The notes under the pieces were generated by a model that saw only the letters and a program-made list of their open reading frames with translations, was not told where the DNA came from and ran no database searches. The translations under genes were made by a program, and so were the position numbers. Of a stretch of 26,142 bases of DNA, positions 7,828 through 16,184 are shown piece after piece (positions within the stretch are counted from its first letter, which is position 1; every line of letters begins with the position of its first letter). The stretch is from a virus (Duplodnaviria; Caudoviricetes), in IMG/VR virus record IMGVR_UViG_3300031837_000049, positions 1-26,142 of that record. One strand, 5' to 3'.

Positions 7828-10076
7828 TGAATATCAAACATTTCGATCCCGAGAACTGGACGCCATCGCGATTTACGCGGGCGATGCGGTACGTGCTGCC
7901 AGGATACGCCTTCAAGCGGATGAAGCACGAGTTTGCTTATGATGCGGCTCAGGCCACGACAAAGCGCAAATACGCACCGCAGAACATCAACCCGAACGAT
8001 TACCAGACGCAGCGGGACAGGCTTCAGTTGATGCGAGAAGCTTTCGATCTTGAAAAGAACTTTGCGCCAGCGAAAGCCATCAACCGCAAGCATGCCCTTT
8101 TCTCATCCCCAACAAGCTACTATGCCCAAACGGGTGATTCCGTTCTATCCAAGGAAGTCGAAGAATATCTGCACGAAGACTGGTTTCAGAACTGCGACAT
8201 TTCCTGCCGGTACGACTTTTTCGAAATGATGCGTTTTGGCATTCTGGGCATGAACTCAGGAGGCGACTACGGATGGGGCTACGTTCGTCCAGGAGCGACT
8301 GAAGACATGGACATGGAGGATTTAGTCAAACTCCCTCTCATGATCCAAGGTGTCGAACCTGATCGCATTGGAGGCATCTATCAGAACGTCGTCAGCAACG
8401 ACTATGTGGCAGGTGTGATCATTGGGGAGTATGGCCAGCCCACGCACTACCGGATTTTCAAGCGGTCTCTCGTTGTCTCGCAATATACAGACCCCATCGA
8501 CGTTCCAGCGAATCAGTTTGTCCACATGACAGATCCCATGCGGATCGACACGTACCGGGGAGTAAGCAAGCTGGACGTGGGAAGCGCGAACGCCCGAGAT
8601 TTCTACGAGACTTGGGATGCCATGAGGGGAAAGCAGAAGCTCGCTGCGTCATTGACCGTTTTCACGAACAGCAACGGAGCCGTAGCAGGACAAGGCACGC
8701 TTGATCCCTACGCCACCGCACAGGCTGCTTATGGCTATACCGGGATGCAACAGGACATCCATCAGAACATGATCAATCACTTAACAGGAGGAAGTGAGAT
8801 CAAATTTCCTGAGACGGCCACGCCGGGAGGTGAGGGTCAATATCTTCTCACGCTCGGATTGAAGTTTCTGTCGCTCTGTTACGATCTCCCCTATTCCTTC
8901 GCTCTTGATGCAACCGATCTTGGAGGCGTTTCGACCCGGCTCGAGAGTGAGATTGCCAAAGCCGAATTTCAGCGGACGCAAAAGATTATCACGCGCAAGG
9001 CGAATGTCCTGAAGAACGCTGCCATCCTCGATGCTTGCGCCAAGGGAATCTTCCCGGCGAAATACTACACGCGATTGATTAAAGGTCGATGGGGCTTCCG
9101 TCCGCATCCGCAGCCCGATCTTGGGAAAGAAGCTCAGGCCGCTTCCGCGCTACGCCAGCAGGGGCTTTTGTCCGAACCTCAATACGTGATCGAAAATTAC
9201 GGCGACGTGAAGGCATGGGCCATGGAAAAAGATCGCTTTGTTAGCGACTGCAAAGAAGCCCTCTCTGGAGACAACACTTTTGAGGAGGTCTTTGGCTCAG
9301 GCCCGATCCCGCAGGGAGCCGCTGCATCAAAGGATAAATCCAATGATGGAACTGGCGAATCCACTGCAAAAAAAGAAGCTGGAAGCAGAGACGTGAAAGA
9401 GTTTGCGACCGACGTCTCAAGCGAAGCCCGAGATGAATCGGGAAAATGGACCAGTGGGGGAGGGCAGGGTAAAATGGTATTGCACCATGGAACGAGGAAC
9501 AATAATCCTCCTGAAAATTTTGATTACGACAGGATAGGAGATGAAAACGGACATACTTATAATCCCCAATTTGGGTATGGAATATATTTTTCAAATCATG
9601 ATGCAGCCCTAGCTTACGCAGGCGGGAAAAAAGAGAGAGTAGGACATTACGAAGTTGACATCAAAAACCCTCTCAAATGGAATGAGCCGGCCGATGTAAC
9701 AATGGTTGAAAAGATAAGAGGAAAATTAAATCCTAAACAAAGAGAAGAATTTGATCGTCAATGGAGGCGGGAATCGAATAATGGCGATCAAGGAGACGTA
9801 TACAGGATTCTTACTTATCTATATAATGGAAAGGAAGAAGACGGGAAAGCAAGCGGAACGGCATCTGATAGATTTGCTACTCAAAAGCTGATAAGGGCCG
9901 GTTTTGATGGTAGTATTGTGGGATCTCCTAATGACGTTGACTATGAAGTAGTTGCGTTTAAACCGGAACAAATTAAAAAAATAAGTAATGATGGAACTTC
10001 TGGAACTGGCGAAGTTGCGAACAATTCTTCGACAAAAAGCGAAAAGGGAAATGCAGAAGAGAAAAAGATCGAATGA
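7827..10076 (+). CDS. Portal protein (lambda family) fused to a C-terminal ADP-ribosyltransferase-like domain
   Basis: N-terminal ~490 aa: YDAA, R..L..EA.DL..N, GD.G, L.IQ.VEPDRI, GV...EYG.PT.Y.I, V.A.QFVH..DP.R...YRGVS, S.RL, D.GKE..A. C-terminal (from ~aa 550): HHGT...F ... GIYFS...A..YA ... I.NPL ... GFDG ... EVVAF.PEQIK. Confidence 0.9.
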   Translation: MNIKHFDPENWTPSRFTRAMRYVLPGYAFKRMKHEFAYDAAQATTKRKYAPQNINPNDYQTQRDRLQLMREAFDLEKNFAPAKAINRKHALFSSPTSYYAQTGDSVLSKEVEEYLHEDWFQNCDISCRYDFFEMMRFGILGMNSGGDYGWGYVRPGATEDMDMEDLVKLPLMIQGVEPDRIGGIYQNVVSNDYVAGVIIGEYGQPTHYRIFKRSLVVSQYTDPIDVPANQFVHMTDPMRIDTYRGVSKLDVGSANARDFYETWDAMRGKQKLAASLTVFTNSNGAVAGQGTLDPYATAQAAYGYTGMQQDIHQNMINHLTGGSEIKFPETATPGGEGQYLLTLGLKFLSLCYDLPYSFALDATDLGGVSTRLESEIAKAEFQRTQKIITRKANVLKNAAILDACAKGIFPAKYYTRLIKGRWGFRPHPQPDLGKEAQAASALRQQGLLSEPQYVIENYGDVKAWAMEKDRFVSDCKEALSGDNTFEEVFGSGPIPQGAAASKDKSNDGTGESTAKKEAGSRDVKEFATDVSSEARDESGKWTSGGGQGKMVLHHGTRNNNPPENFDYDRIGDENGHTYNPQFGYGIYFSNHDAALAYAGGKKERVGHYEVDIKNPLKWNEPADVTMVEKIRGKLNPKQREEFDRQWRRESNNGDQGDVYRILTYLYNGKEEDGKASGTASDRFATQKLIRAGFDGSIVGSPNDVDYEVVAFKPEQIKKISNDGTSGTGEVANNSSTKSEKGNAEEKKIE

Positions 10077-10092
10077 TGAAAGTGCACAAATG

Positions 10093-10121
10093 TTGACTTT
10101 CCCGATAAAGGGAAGTAAACA
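10093..10121 (+). promoter_or_regulatory. Putative late promoter TTGACT-17-TAAACA with a TCCCGATAAAGGGA site filling the spacer
   Basis: Intergenic gap between portal and protease. ATG lies 35 nt after TTGAC; the recurrent 14-mer is at 10100-10113. Confidence 0.55.
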
Positions 10122-10127
10122 AAATGC

Positions 10128-11249
10128 ATGGCATCCCGAGCTTATGAATTCTCCATTGAAGAATCAAAAGTAGACGCTCCAAACGGAACAATCCGTCAAG
10201 TCTCCCTTATCTCCCTAGGCCGCGCCAAGGGCCACCAGACAGATGATGGAGAGCAAATCTGGGTTGATGGCAAGACCCTGGATCAAATCTTCGATTGCCT
10301 CACTGAGCTCGGAACGCTCAAACTCAAGATCGATCACGGCTCAGGAGTGATGAGCACGGCAGGATGGTTCGATCAATTCGAGAAGACGAGCAGCAAGATC
10401 CTCGGCGACATGCACGTTTACGATGCAGAGCCGGAACGCAAGCGCATGTTCGAGATCGCCCAAAAGAATCCCGATCATCTTGGTCTCTCGCTCGAATTCG
10501 AAGGGGATGATGAGGTCATGGGCAACAAAGCTTTCGCTCGTTGCGATGAAGTTTCTGCAGCTGCGCTAGTTTCAGAACCAGCCGCGAATAGCAGTCTTTT
10601 TGAAAAAAATAAAGATGGTGTTGACAAAAAGGACGCAAAAGTGCACAAAGTCACCATGGCCAATAAAACGAAGCTCGTCGCCGCCGAAGCTGCTGGCGAT
10701 CCGATTGCCGAAATGTCGAAGAAGTTCGGCGACTTTTGCAAGCAATACTCTGACGACAAAAAGGCGCTCGATGATCGAATGAAAAAGTTCGACGACTTTT
10801 TGACCAACGATGATGGCGAGGGTGCAATCGATGGCGATGGCCGCAACATTGACCCGAACGTCACGCCCGTTGTTACTAACGACGATAAATCGTCCGAAGG
10901 GAAAAACAACGAGATGAGCGATGATGAGAAGGACGAGGATATGAAGGACGACGACAAAAAGGACGACGAGGTGAACAAGTCCGCGCTCGAGGCGATGGAA
11001 ACCCGGATTACGAAAAAGCTCGCTGCCTCGCTCGGAACTAAGATTCCGCCCGCTGGCGTCGGCCCCGGCATCACTGGCGGCAAGACCGCCAAGAAAGAAT
11101 TTTCAGCCATTGTCGAAGAACGAACCAAGGAACTCAAGGGTAACAAGGTTCAAGCCATGCTCGAATGTCTCAAGGAATTCCCCCAGGAATACGCCGAGAG
11201 TCGAAAGAAGATTCTGACGGTTAACCCGAAGGCAACCCGCTACCTCTAA
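10128..11249 (+). CDS. Prohead protease with C-terminal scaffold domain
   Basis: G.AKGH, KIDHG...GW, GLS.EF and ALVSEPAAN..LF protease motifs, followed by an acidic low-complexity scaffold-like tail. Lies between portal and capsid. Confidence 0.85.
   Translation: MASRAYEFSIEESKVDAPNGTIRQVSLISLGRAKGHQTDDGEQIWVDGKTLDQIFDCLTELGTLKLKIDHGSGVMSTAGWFDQFEKTSSKILGDMHVYDAEPERKRMFEIAQKNPDHLGLSLEFEGDDEVMGNKAFARCDEVSAAALVSEPAANSSLFEKNKDGVDKKDAKVHKVTMANKTKLVAAEAAGDPIAEMSKKFGDFCKQYSDDKKALDDRMKKFDDFLTNDDGEGAIDGDGRNIDPNVTPVVTNDDKSSEGKNNEMSDDEKDEDMKDDDKKDDEVNKSALEAMETRITKKLAASLGTKIPPAGVGPGITGGKTAKKEFSAIVEERTKELKGNKVQAMLECLKEFPQEYAESRKKILTVNPKATRYL
10656..11249 (+). CDS. Putative nested in-frame scaffold protein (MANKTKLVAAE...)
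   Basis: In-frame ATG just after the protease domain, 35 nt downstream of TTGACA (10621). Analogous to lambda C/Nu3 and Mu I/Z. Confidence 0.6.
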   Translation: MANKTKLVAAEAAGDPIAEMSKKFGDFCKQYSDDKKALDDRMKKFDDFLTNDDGEGAIDGDGRNIDPNVTPVVTNDDKSSEGKNNEMSDDEKDEDMKDDDKKDDEVNKSALEAMETRITKKLAASLGTKIPPAGVGPGITGGKTAKKEFSAIVEERTKELKGNKVQAMLECLKEFPQEYAESRKKILTVNPKATRYL

Positions 11250-11254
11250 AAATC

Positions 11255-11626
11255 ATGTCCTCACAATCTGATCTTGGCTTTGTCTCACTACTCGTCACCC
11301 CCGCCGCGGGCATCTCCGCTTGGACAGCCGTCAGCCTTCAATCTGACGGTTCTATTTCTCCTACCAGCGATGGGACGCGCGGTTATGGCGTAACGCAGGA
11401 AGCGGCCATTGCGGGTCGCTATGTGAATGTTAAACTCTGGACAGCCCCCGGCACTTGGGACATCATCGTCTCGCCTGGTTTAGTTGTCACTCCCGGCAAC
11501 GCCTACAGCATCTCGAACGGTTACGCTGTTGGAACTGGAACGACTGGCGCGACCACTCCAACTCTTATCGCCGCTCAGGCCGGCGTCTCTGCTTCAGGAA
11601 TTGTCCTCCAATTCGCCAAAAACTAA
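11255..11626 (+). CDS. Capsid decoration/cement protein
   Basis: Small Gly/Ala/Thr-rich beta protein immediately before the capsid gene; GVTQEA...G..V.V pattern. Confidence 0.75.
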   Translation: MSSQSDLGFVSLLVTPAAGISAWTAVSLQSDGSISPTSDGTRGYGVTQEAAIAGRYVNVKLWTAPGTWDIIVSPGLVVTPGNAYSISNGYAVGTGTTGATTPTLIAAQAGVSASGIVLQFAKN

Positions 11627-11632
11627 AATCTT

Positions 11633-12619
11633 ATGCCCTACACAAACGCGCAAGCTACTCCCCGGTCCGACATCTTCGCCCTGATGATGCAGGCGAATAC
11701 GGACTTCAACAAGATGTTCATTGGGGAAGACGTGTTTCCCGTCAAGACCGAAGATGTCAAACGAGGCATCTACATGCGGGCGAATCTGGCCAACGCCCAG
11801 CTTTTGAACGCCGACGCAGTTCCCCGCGAATCAGGCGCATCCTATCAGCGTGTCAATCGCGAGTACGATGTCGATCAGTTCGACTGTCAGGAATACGGCC
11901 TCGAAGCCGTTATCGATGACAGTTACGAAGAGGAAGTCGACCGCTTCATGAACCTCGAGGCGACGGAAGCGATGTTGCTCGAGCGGTCCCTTCGAATCTC
12001 CTACGAGCTTCGCATCAGCAACGCTTTCAATACGACCAATTTCACGACTACGCCGATCACCCCTGCTGCGTCTTACGTCAAGGCGAATCAGACTGGCACT
12101 TCAGGTCTGGTCGATCCTTGTGGCGATGTGGACACCGCAAAACTGGCTCTGGCCAAGAACGGCTATATCGCCAACTCGGTGATCATGTCCGCGAATCTGT
12201 TCTATTTCGTTCGTCGCTGTCAGTTGCTGCAGAACCAGGTTTACGGCGTGGTTCCTCGCGTGGCCGGCCAACGGGCTCTTCCCGCTGAAGAAGATGTTGC
12301 TCGCGCTTTCGGCGTGGATAACCTTTTCATCGGAAAAGCTCCCTATAACGGGAATCAGCAGGGCCTCTCCTACTCTGGCATCTTCATCTGGGGCGACACT
12401 TACATTTGGGTTGGTGTTGTCCAGGGCGGCGAATACCAGGCAGGTGGCGCAGGCCGCACCATTCAGTGGAGCAAGGATACGACTGGCCTCTTCACTCCCG
12501 AGACCTACCGCTCTGATGAACGTCGCTCGAACATTCTTCGCGTGCGTCAGCACACCGCCGAGAAGGTTATCGATCCGCTTGCCTTTGTCGCGATCACAAC
12601 GTCCTATACTGGCTCTTAA
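11633..12619 (+). CDS. Major capsid protein (HK97 fold, gpE-like)
   Basis: 328 aa. FIG..VFPV, R..G..Y.R, F.C.EYGLE..IDD, E.R, DP..DV, A..FGV..L.IG.A, RVRQ...EKVI. Confidence 0.88.
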   Translation: MPYTNAQATPRSDIFALMMQANTDFNKMFIGEDVFPVKTEDVKRGIYMRANLANAQLLNADAVPRESGASYQRVNREYDVDQFDCQEYGLEAVIDDSYEEEVDRFMNLEATEAMLLERSLRISYELRISNAFNTTNFTTTPITPAASYVKANQTGTSGLVDPCGDVDTAKLALAKNGYIANSVIMSANLFYFVRRCQLLQNQVYGVVPRVAGQRALPAEEDVARAFGVDNLFIGKAPYNGNQQGLSYSGIFIWGDTYIWVGVVQGGEYQAGGAGRTIQWSKDTTGLFTPETYRSDERRSNILRVRQHTAEKVIDPLAFVAITTSYTGS

Positions 12620-12645
12620 GCTTTCCCGTTAGTTCCTCCTCGTTG

Positions 12646-12683
12646 GCCCCTATCGTCTGAAAAGGCGGTAGGGGTTTTCTCTT
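12646..12683 (+). terminator. Rho-independent terminator after the capsid gene
   Basis: CCCCTATCGTCT-GAAA-AGGCGGTAGGGG forms a 12-bp stem with two G-U pairs, followed by TTTTCTCTT. Confidence 0.8.
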
Positions 12684-12721
12684 GACGCAATAGCGTAAGA
12701 TGGTAGAACAAAGAAAGATTT

Positions 12722-13684
12722 ATGAGATACATCGTCTACCGCAATGCATGGGGCGACGGCATCCAAGCCGAGACCAGCATCGTTCCTGAGCTCTGCTACC
12801 CCTTTGGGGAAATGAAATCCCGATGCCGGGAAAAGCTTGGTGTAGAATTCATCACCCTCGATCAGGTGAACGAGGGCATGGACATCCTCGCGGCCTTCTT
12901 TATCGATCCACCTCCCGTTGACGATCCGCTTCTGAAGATGTGGGTTCATCGCGGCATCCCACATCTGTTCCTGATGGTCTGCGAAAATCTTTTCCTTCAG
13001 CCCAACAAGACCTATGCGGGAGTCGCTCCTTTTGCCCGGACCATTTTCTCTTACGAGATGCGGCCGCCCATGCCAGAGAAGACGGTCAGACTGCGCTATC
13101 CCGCAGATGTCCGGGGCGGCATGGAGGCGCGAGCGGCGGGGCAGTACGTTCGCCGTCCCTACCAAGTCGGCATGATTTCATCCTGCAAATTCCAACAGAT
13201 GCCAGGGGAGCTTTACTCCAAACGCTACCACTACTCCTACACGTTCCTTGATGCCTTAGGCGAGGCGTTTGCGCTTTGGGGGCATGGATGGCCGCACGGC
13301 GGGAAGGGGCCTCTTCCCTGCGGTCCTGAAGCGAAGCACGCGGCATATCGGCAATGCGAGTTTGCCCTAGTCATGGAGAACTGCCGGAGCATCCCCGGTT
13401 ACATCACAGAGAAGGTCTTCAACGCCTTGATCGCGGGCTGCCTCCCGATTTACGAATACTGCGACACGGCAGAGGGTGCTGACATCCCGAAGGATTGCTT
13501 TGTCAACGCCGCCGCTTTCCAGAATCCCATGGAGTGCCTTGAATTCATCAACAGCATGAAACAAGAGGAAAAGACAGCCATGTTCAACGCGGGAACGTCC
13601 TTCCTGGCCAGCAAAGAAGTCGAGAAGTATTCAGTCGAAAATTACGTTAAAACCATCTACCAAGAAATTGCCGCGATTGTATGA
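12722..13684 (+). CDS. Glycosyltransferase, GT10 (alpha-1,3-fucosyltransferase)-like
   Basis: K...YRQCEFALVMENCRSIPGYITEKVFNALIAGCLPIY matches the GT10 donor-binding motif (F.L.FEN....Y.TEK...A..AG..PIY); IP.DCFVN follows. Confidence 0.85.
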   Translation: MRYIVYRNAWGDGIQAETSIVPELCYPFGEMKSRCREKLGVEFITLDQVNEGMDILAAFFIDPPPVDDPLLKMWVHRGIPHLFLMVCENLFLQPNKTYAGVAPFARTIFSYEMRPPMPEKTVRLRYPADVRGGMEARAAGQYVRRPYQVGMISSCKFQQMPGELYSKRYHYSYTFLDALGEAFALWGHGWPHGGKGPLPCGPEAKHAAYRQCEFALVMENCRSIPGYITEKVFNALIAGCLPIYEYCDTAEGADIPKDCFVNAAAFQNPMECLEFINSMKQEEKTAMFNAGTSFLASKEVEKYSVENYVKTIYQEIAAIV

Positions 13685-14013
13685 ACAACGAAGAAAGAAA
13701 ACGGTTAGTGGAGGACGCGGCATTATTCCTAAAAAGAAAAGAGCGTCATCTCCGATTGAAAGCGATAAGAATTGGCGATGATCACTTCTGTATGCTTTTG
13801 GCCAATCACCACAATTTGAAATGCTTCCAACTCTGGCTTTTGGATGGAGAGTGCTTGCCTAAAGATGCTTTCATTCGATCCGTCAATTACCAACCTGAAT
13901 GGCGGGGATGGTTGGTTGTTTTCGAAAGCGATAGCTTCGCGCCAGTTGAGCCAGGACATGCGATTCCGATTATGGATTCGAAATGGAATCTTCACGCCGT
14001 GGAGATCAAATGA
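13681..14013 (+). CDS. Hypothetical phage protein
   Basis: ATGA-coupled at both ends; LPKDA...V.Y...FESDSF.PV.PG..IP. Confidence 0.65.
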   Translation: MNNEERKRLVEDAALFLKRKERHLRLKAIRIGDDHFCMLLANHHNLKCFQLWLLDGECLPKDAFIRSVNYQPEWRGWLVVFESDSFAPVEPGHAIPIMDSKWNLHAVEIK

Positions 14014-15716
14014 CTAAGCCCCTGATCTGTCTTTCAATGATCCTCGGAAACGAGGAAGCCGTGATCGAGCGATTCCTTCGTTCTTTCGAGCCCGCCGTTG
14101 ACTTCGCTGTTTTCGTCCAGGCGATCGGCACTCAAGACCCTGACAGGACGATGGAAATTGTCGGAAGGGTCTGCGAAGAACTCGACTTGCCTTACGTCCG
14201 GCAAATCTACTTCAACGACAAGCAATGGCCCCATGTGGACAGCTTCGCCAAGGCGCGACAGAAGGCATGGGAAATTGCAACAGAGACCAAGGCCAGCTAT
14301 CTGCTCTGGGCCGATGCTGACGATTTGCTAAAGGACGGAGCCGCAGAATCTCTTCGAAAAGCTGCTCAATCGGGAGAGAAAGACGTTTACATGGCCCCCT
14401 ACCACGTCAGAGGAGATAAACAAATCTCGTGGCGGGAACGGCTCATCAAAAATGCGGGCTTCTCTCATTGGATCAAGCCGATCCATGAAGTCCTGACCTT
14501 CACTCGAACGGTGGAGACGCGGAATCTTCACGATGCCATTTTCGTTCATTCACCTTTGGCAGGCCGGAAAAACTCAGCAGAGCGGAATTTTCGAATCCTG
14601 GAAGCGGAAGTGGAGCAGGGCGGTTCCAACCTCTTCTTCTTGGCCCAGGAGGCTGCAAGCCTTGGCGACAGAGATACCTACCTGCGCTGCGCAAAGGCCG
14701 CTCTTGCGCATCCATGCACTCAAATCCTCGATAAGTACGAGCTTCACCTGATGCTGGCCCAATCGGAACCTGTCTGCGAAATAGCCAAAAGCCACGCCAG
14801 CCGTGCCTACGACTTGATGCCGCAACGCCGGGAAGCATTGGCTCTGCTCGCGTGCTACGCTCTTGTCGACGGAAGAAACGAAGAAGCTTACGAGATGGCC
14901 AAGCACATGATCACCATCGGCAAACCAAAGCTGGGCTATTACTCGCTCAACCACGAGTGGTACGATTGGAAAGGCTTTTATCTCTTCACGCAAACCCTTC
15001 GGGCAATTGGAAAACATGAAGAGGCTTTGCGGTTGGAAAACGAGCAATTCCAAAAGAACGGGGCAATCTTTTCCGTATGCCATCCTACCTATTTGCGCCC
15101 AGAACAAGCTGCCGCGGTTCGCGAGCTTTACCTGTCCGCCGCGAGCAACCCCATGGGAATCGAGTACATCTTCGGAATCCACCATGACGATGAGAAGAGC
15201 CTAGCCTTGCTCTCAGGATACCGCCATACGATCACGGACAAGGAAGGATGCTGTCCTAACACTCTGGAACCGCTGAAGGCCTCTACGGGCAAGTTCATCA
15301 TGGTGATCGCTGACGATTTATTCCCGTCGCCAGGATGGGATGAACAGATTATCGCCACGCTTCGCGATCAAGACAAATGGGATGAAAAGAAAATCGTTCT
15401 TAACTTCGCCGACGATCTTCGTTCACGAGGCCGAGGCGGGGAACATCTCTGCCATGGCTTCATGACGCGTCCATGGCTTGAAGAGATGCTGAAAGATCCT
15501 TGGCCGGGAACAGGAATTTACTCTGATAACGAGTTTACCCATCGCGCAAGGAAGGCAGGTGTGATCATCGATGCTCCCAACGTTTTTTTCGAACATCGCC
15601 ACTTCACAACGGGAAAGATGCCTTGTGACGCGACATATCAGGACCAGAACAAGCCGGAAAATTACAAGGAAGGGCGAAGGCTCTTCGATGAACGCAATCC
15701 CGACTATCGGGATTAG
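14010..15716 (+). CDS. Multidomain glycosyltransferase: GT2 + TPR + second GT-A domain
   Basis: ICLSMI..NEE..I.R.L.S, SFAKARQ, LWADADD (DxD), RERL, W..PIHE, ERN.RILE; TPR-like helices (P.RREAL); second domain HPT.LRP, IEYIF.I..DD, VIADDL.P..GWD, YSDNEFT.RA, FEH.H. ATG 14010 is coupled to the previous stop. Confidence 0.88.
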   Translation: MTKPLICLSMILGNEEAVIERFLRSFEPAVDFAVFVQAIGTQDPDRTMEIVGRVCEELDLPYVRQIYFNDKQWPHVDSFAKARQKAWEIATETKASYLLWADADDLLKDGAAESLRKAAQSGEKDVYMAPYHVRGDKQISWRERLIKNAGFSHWIKPIHEVLTFTRTVETRNLHDAIFVHSPLAGRKNSAERNFRILEAEVEQGGSNLFFLAQEAASLGDRDTYLRCAKAALAHPCTQILDKYELHLMLAQSEPVCEIAKSHASRAYDLMPQRREALALLACYALVDGRNEEAYEMAKHMITIGKPKLGYYSLNHEWYDWKGFYLFTQTLRAIGKHEEALRLENEQFQKNGAIFSVCHPTYLRPEQAAAVRELYLSAASNPMGIEYIFGIHHDDEKSLALLSGYRHTITDKEGCCPNTLEPLKASTGKFIMVIADDLFPSPGWDEQIIATLRDQDKWDEKKIVLNFADDLRSRGRGGEHLCHGFMTRPWLEEMLKDPWPGTGIYSDNEFTHRARKAGVIIDAPNVFFEHRHFTTGKMPCDATYQDQNKPENYKEGRRLFDERNPDYRD

Positions 15717-15732
15717 CCTGGAAAGAATAATC

Positions 15733-15903
15733 ATGAAAATCACTGAAATCAGAGAAGCTAAAAAAGGGGCAAGCGAGGCCAACGAACTGCTTAAGGACGG
15801 ATGGGAATTGCTCCATGTCGTTCCCCTTCCACACGCGGTCATTTATGTGATGGGCAAGCGGGAGGAATCGGGAATCAAAATGGACGTGAAAAAGGCAAAA
15901 TGA
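15733..15903 (+). CDS. Small hypothetical protein (N.LL.DGWELL motif)
   Basis: ATG 15733 after an A-rich leader; stop coupled to the next gene. Confidence 0.55.
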   Translation: MKITEIREAKKGASEANELLKDGWELLHVVPLPHAVIYVMGKREESGIKMDVKKAK

Positions 15904-16184
15904 CCACCGATCAAGAAATCGGGAGATTGCAAAGTCTCCAAGCTTTATTAGATGCATCTGCTTTTGATCCTTTGCCGAGGCAAGCGCCGCCAGTGTTTTC
16001 ATCGGAAATGAGACAGGTGGATGCGCGAATTGTTGAAATGTGGCACAATGAAGCTTCCCGGGCGACAGAAGCACGCTTTATACTTCGCAATGGCGAAACG
16101 GTTCGAGGTCGGCTTTGTTGGAACGGAGACTACTATTTTCAAATTGATCCGCAGTCACACAAAGAAATGGATTTTGCAAAATGA
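15900..16184 (+). CDS. Hypothetical protein
   Basis: ATGA coupling at both ends. Confidence 0.55.
   Translation: MTTDQEIGRLQSLQALLDASAFDPLPRQAPPVFSSEMRQVDARIVEMWHNEASRATEARFILRNGETVRGRLCWNGDYYFQIDPQSHKEMDFAK

Noticed and set aside
1068-8745. Weaker matches to the 14-mer (1068, 3221, 8732)
   Set aside because: Two or more core mismatches, so compatible with chance; not counted.
9400-10000. Portal extension as an intein or homing endonuclease
   Set aside because: No C/S...HN splice motifs and no LAGLIDADG or HNH signature; the motifs fit an ART.
10475-11146. 223-aa minus-strand ORF
   Set aside because: Antisense shadow of the acidic scaffold region; Ser/Phe-rich as expected from reverse-complemented Asp/Glu/Lys codons.
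14574-15185. 203-aa minus-strand ORF and the other minus-strand ORFs in the track
   Set aside because: They lie opposite well-supported + strand genes and show no recognisable motifs.
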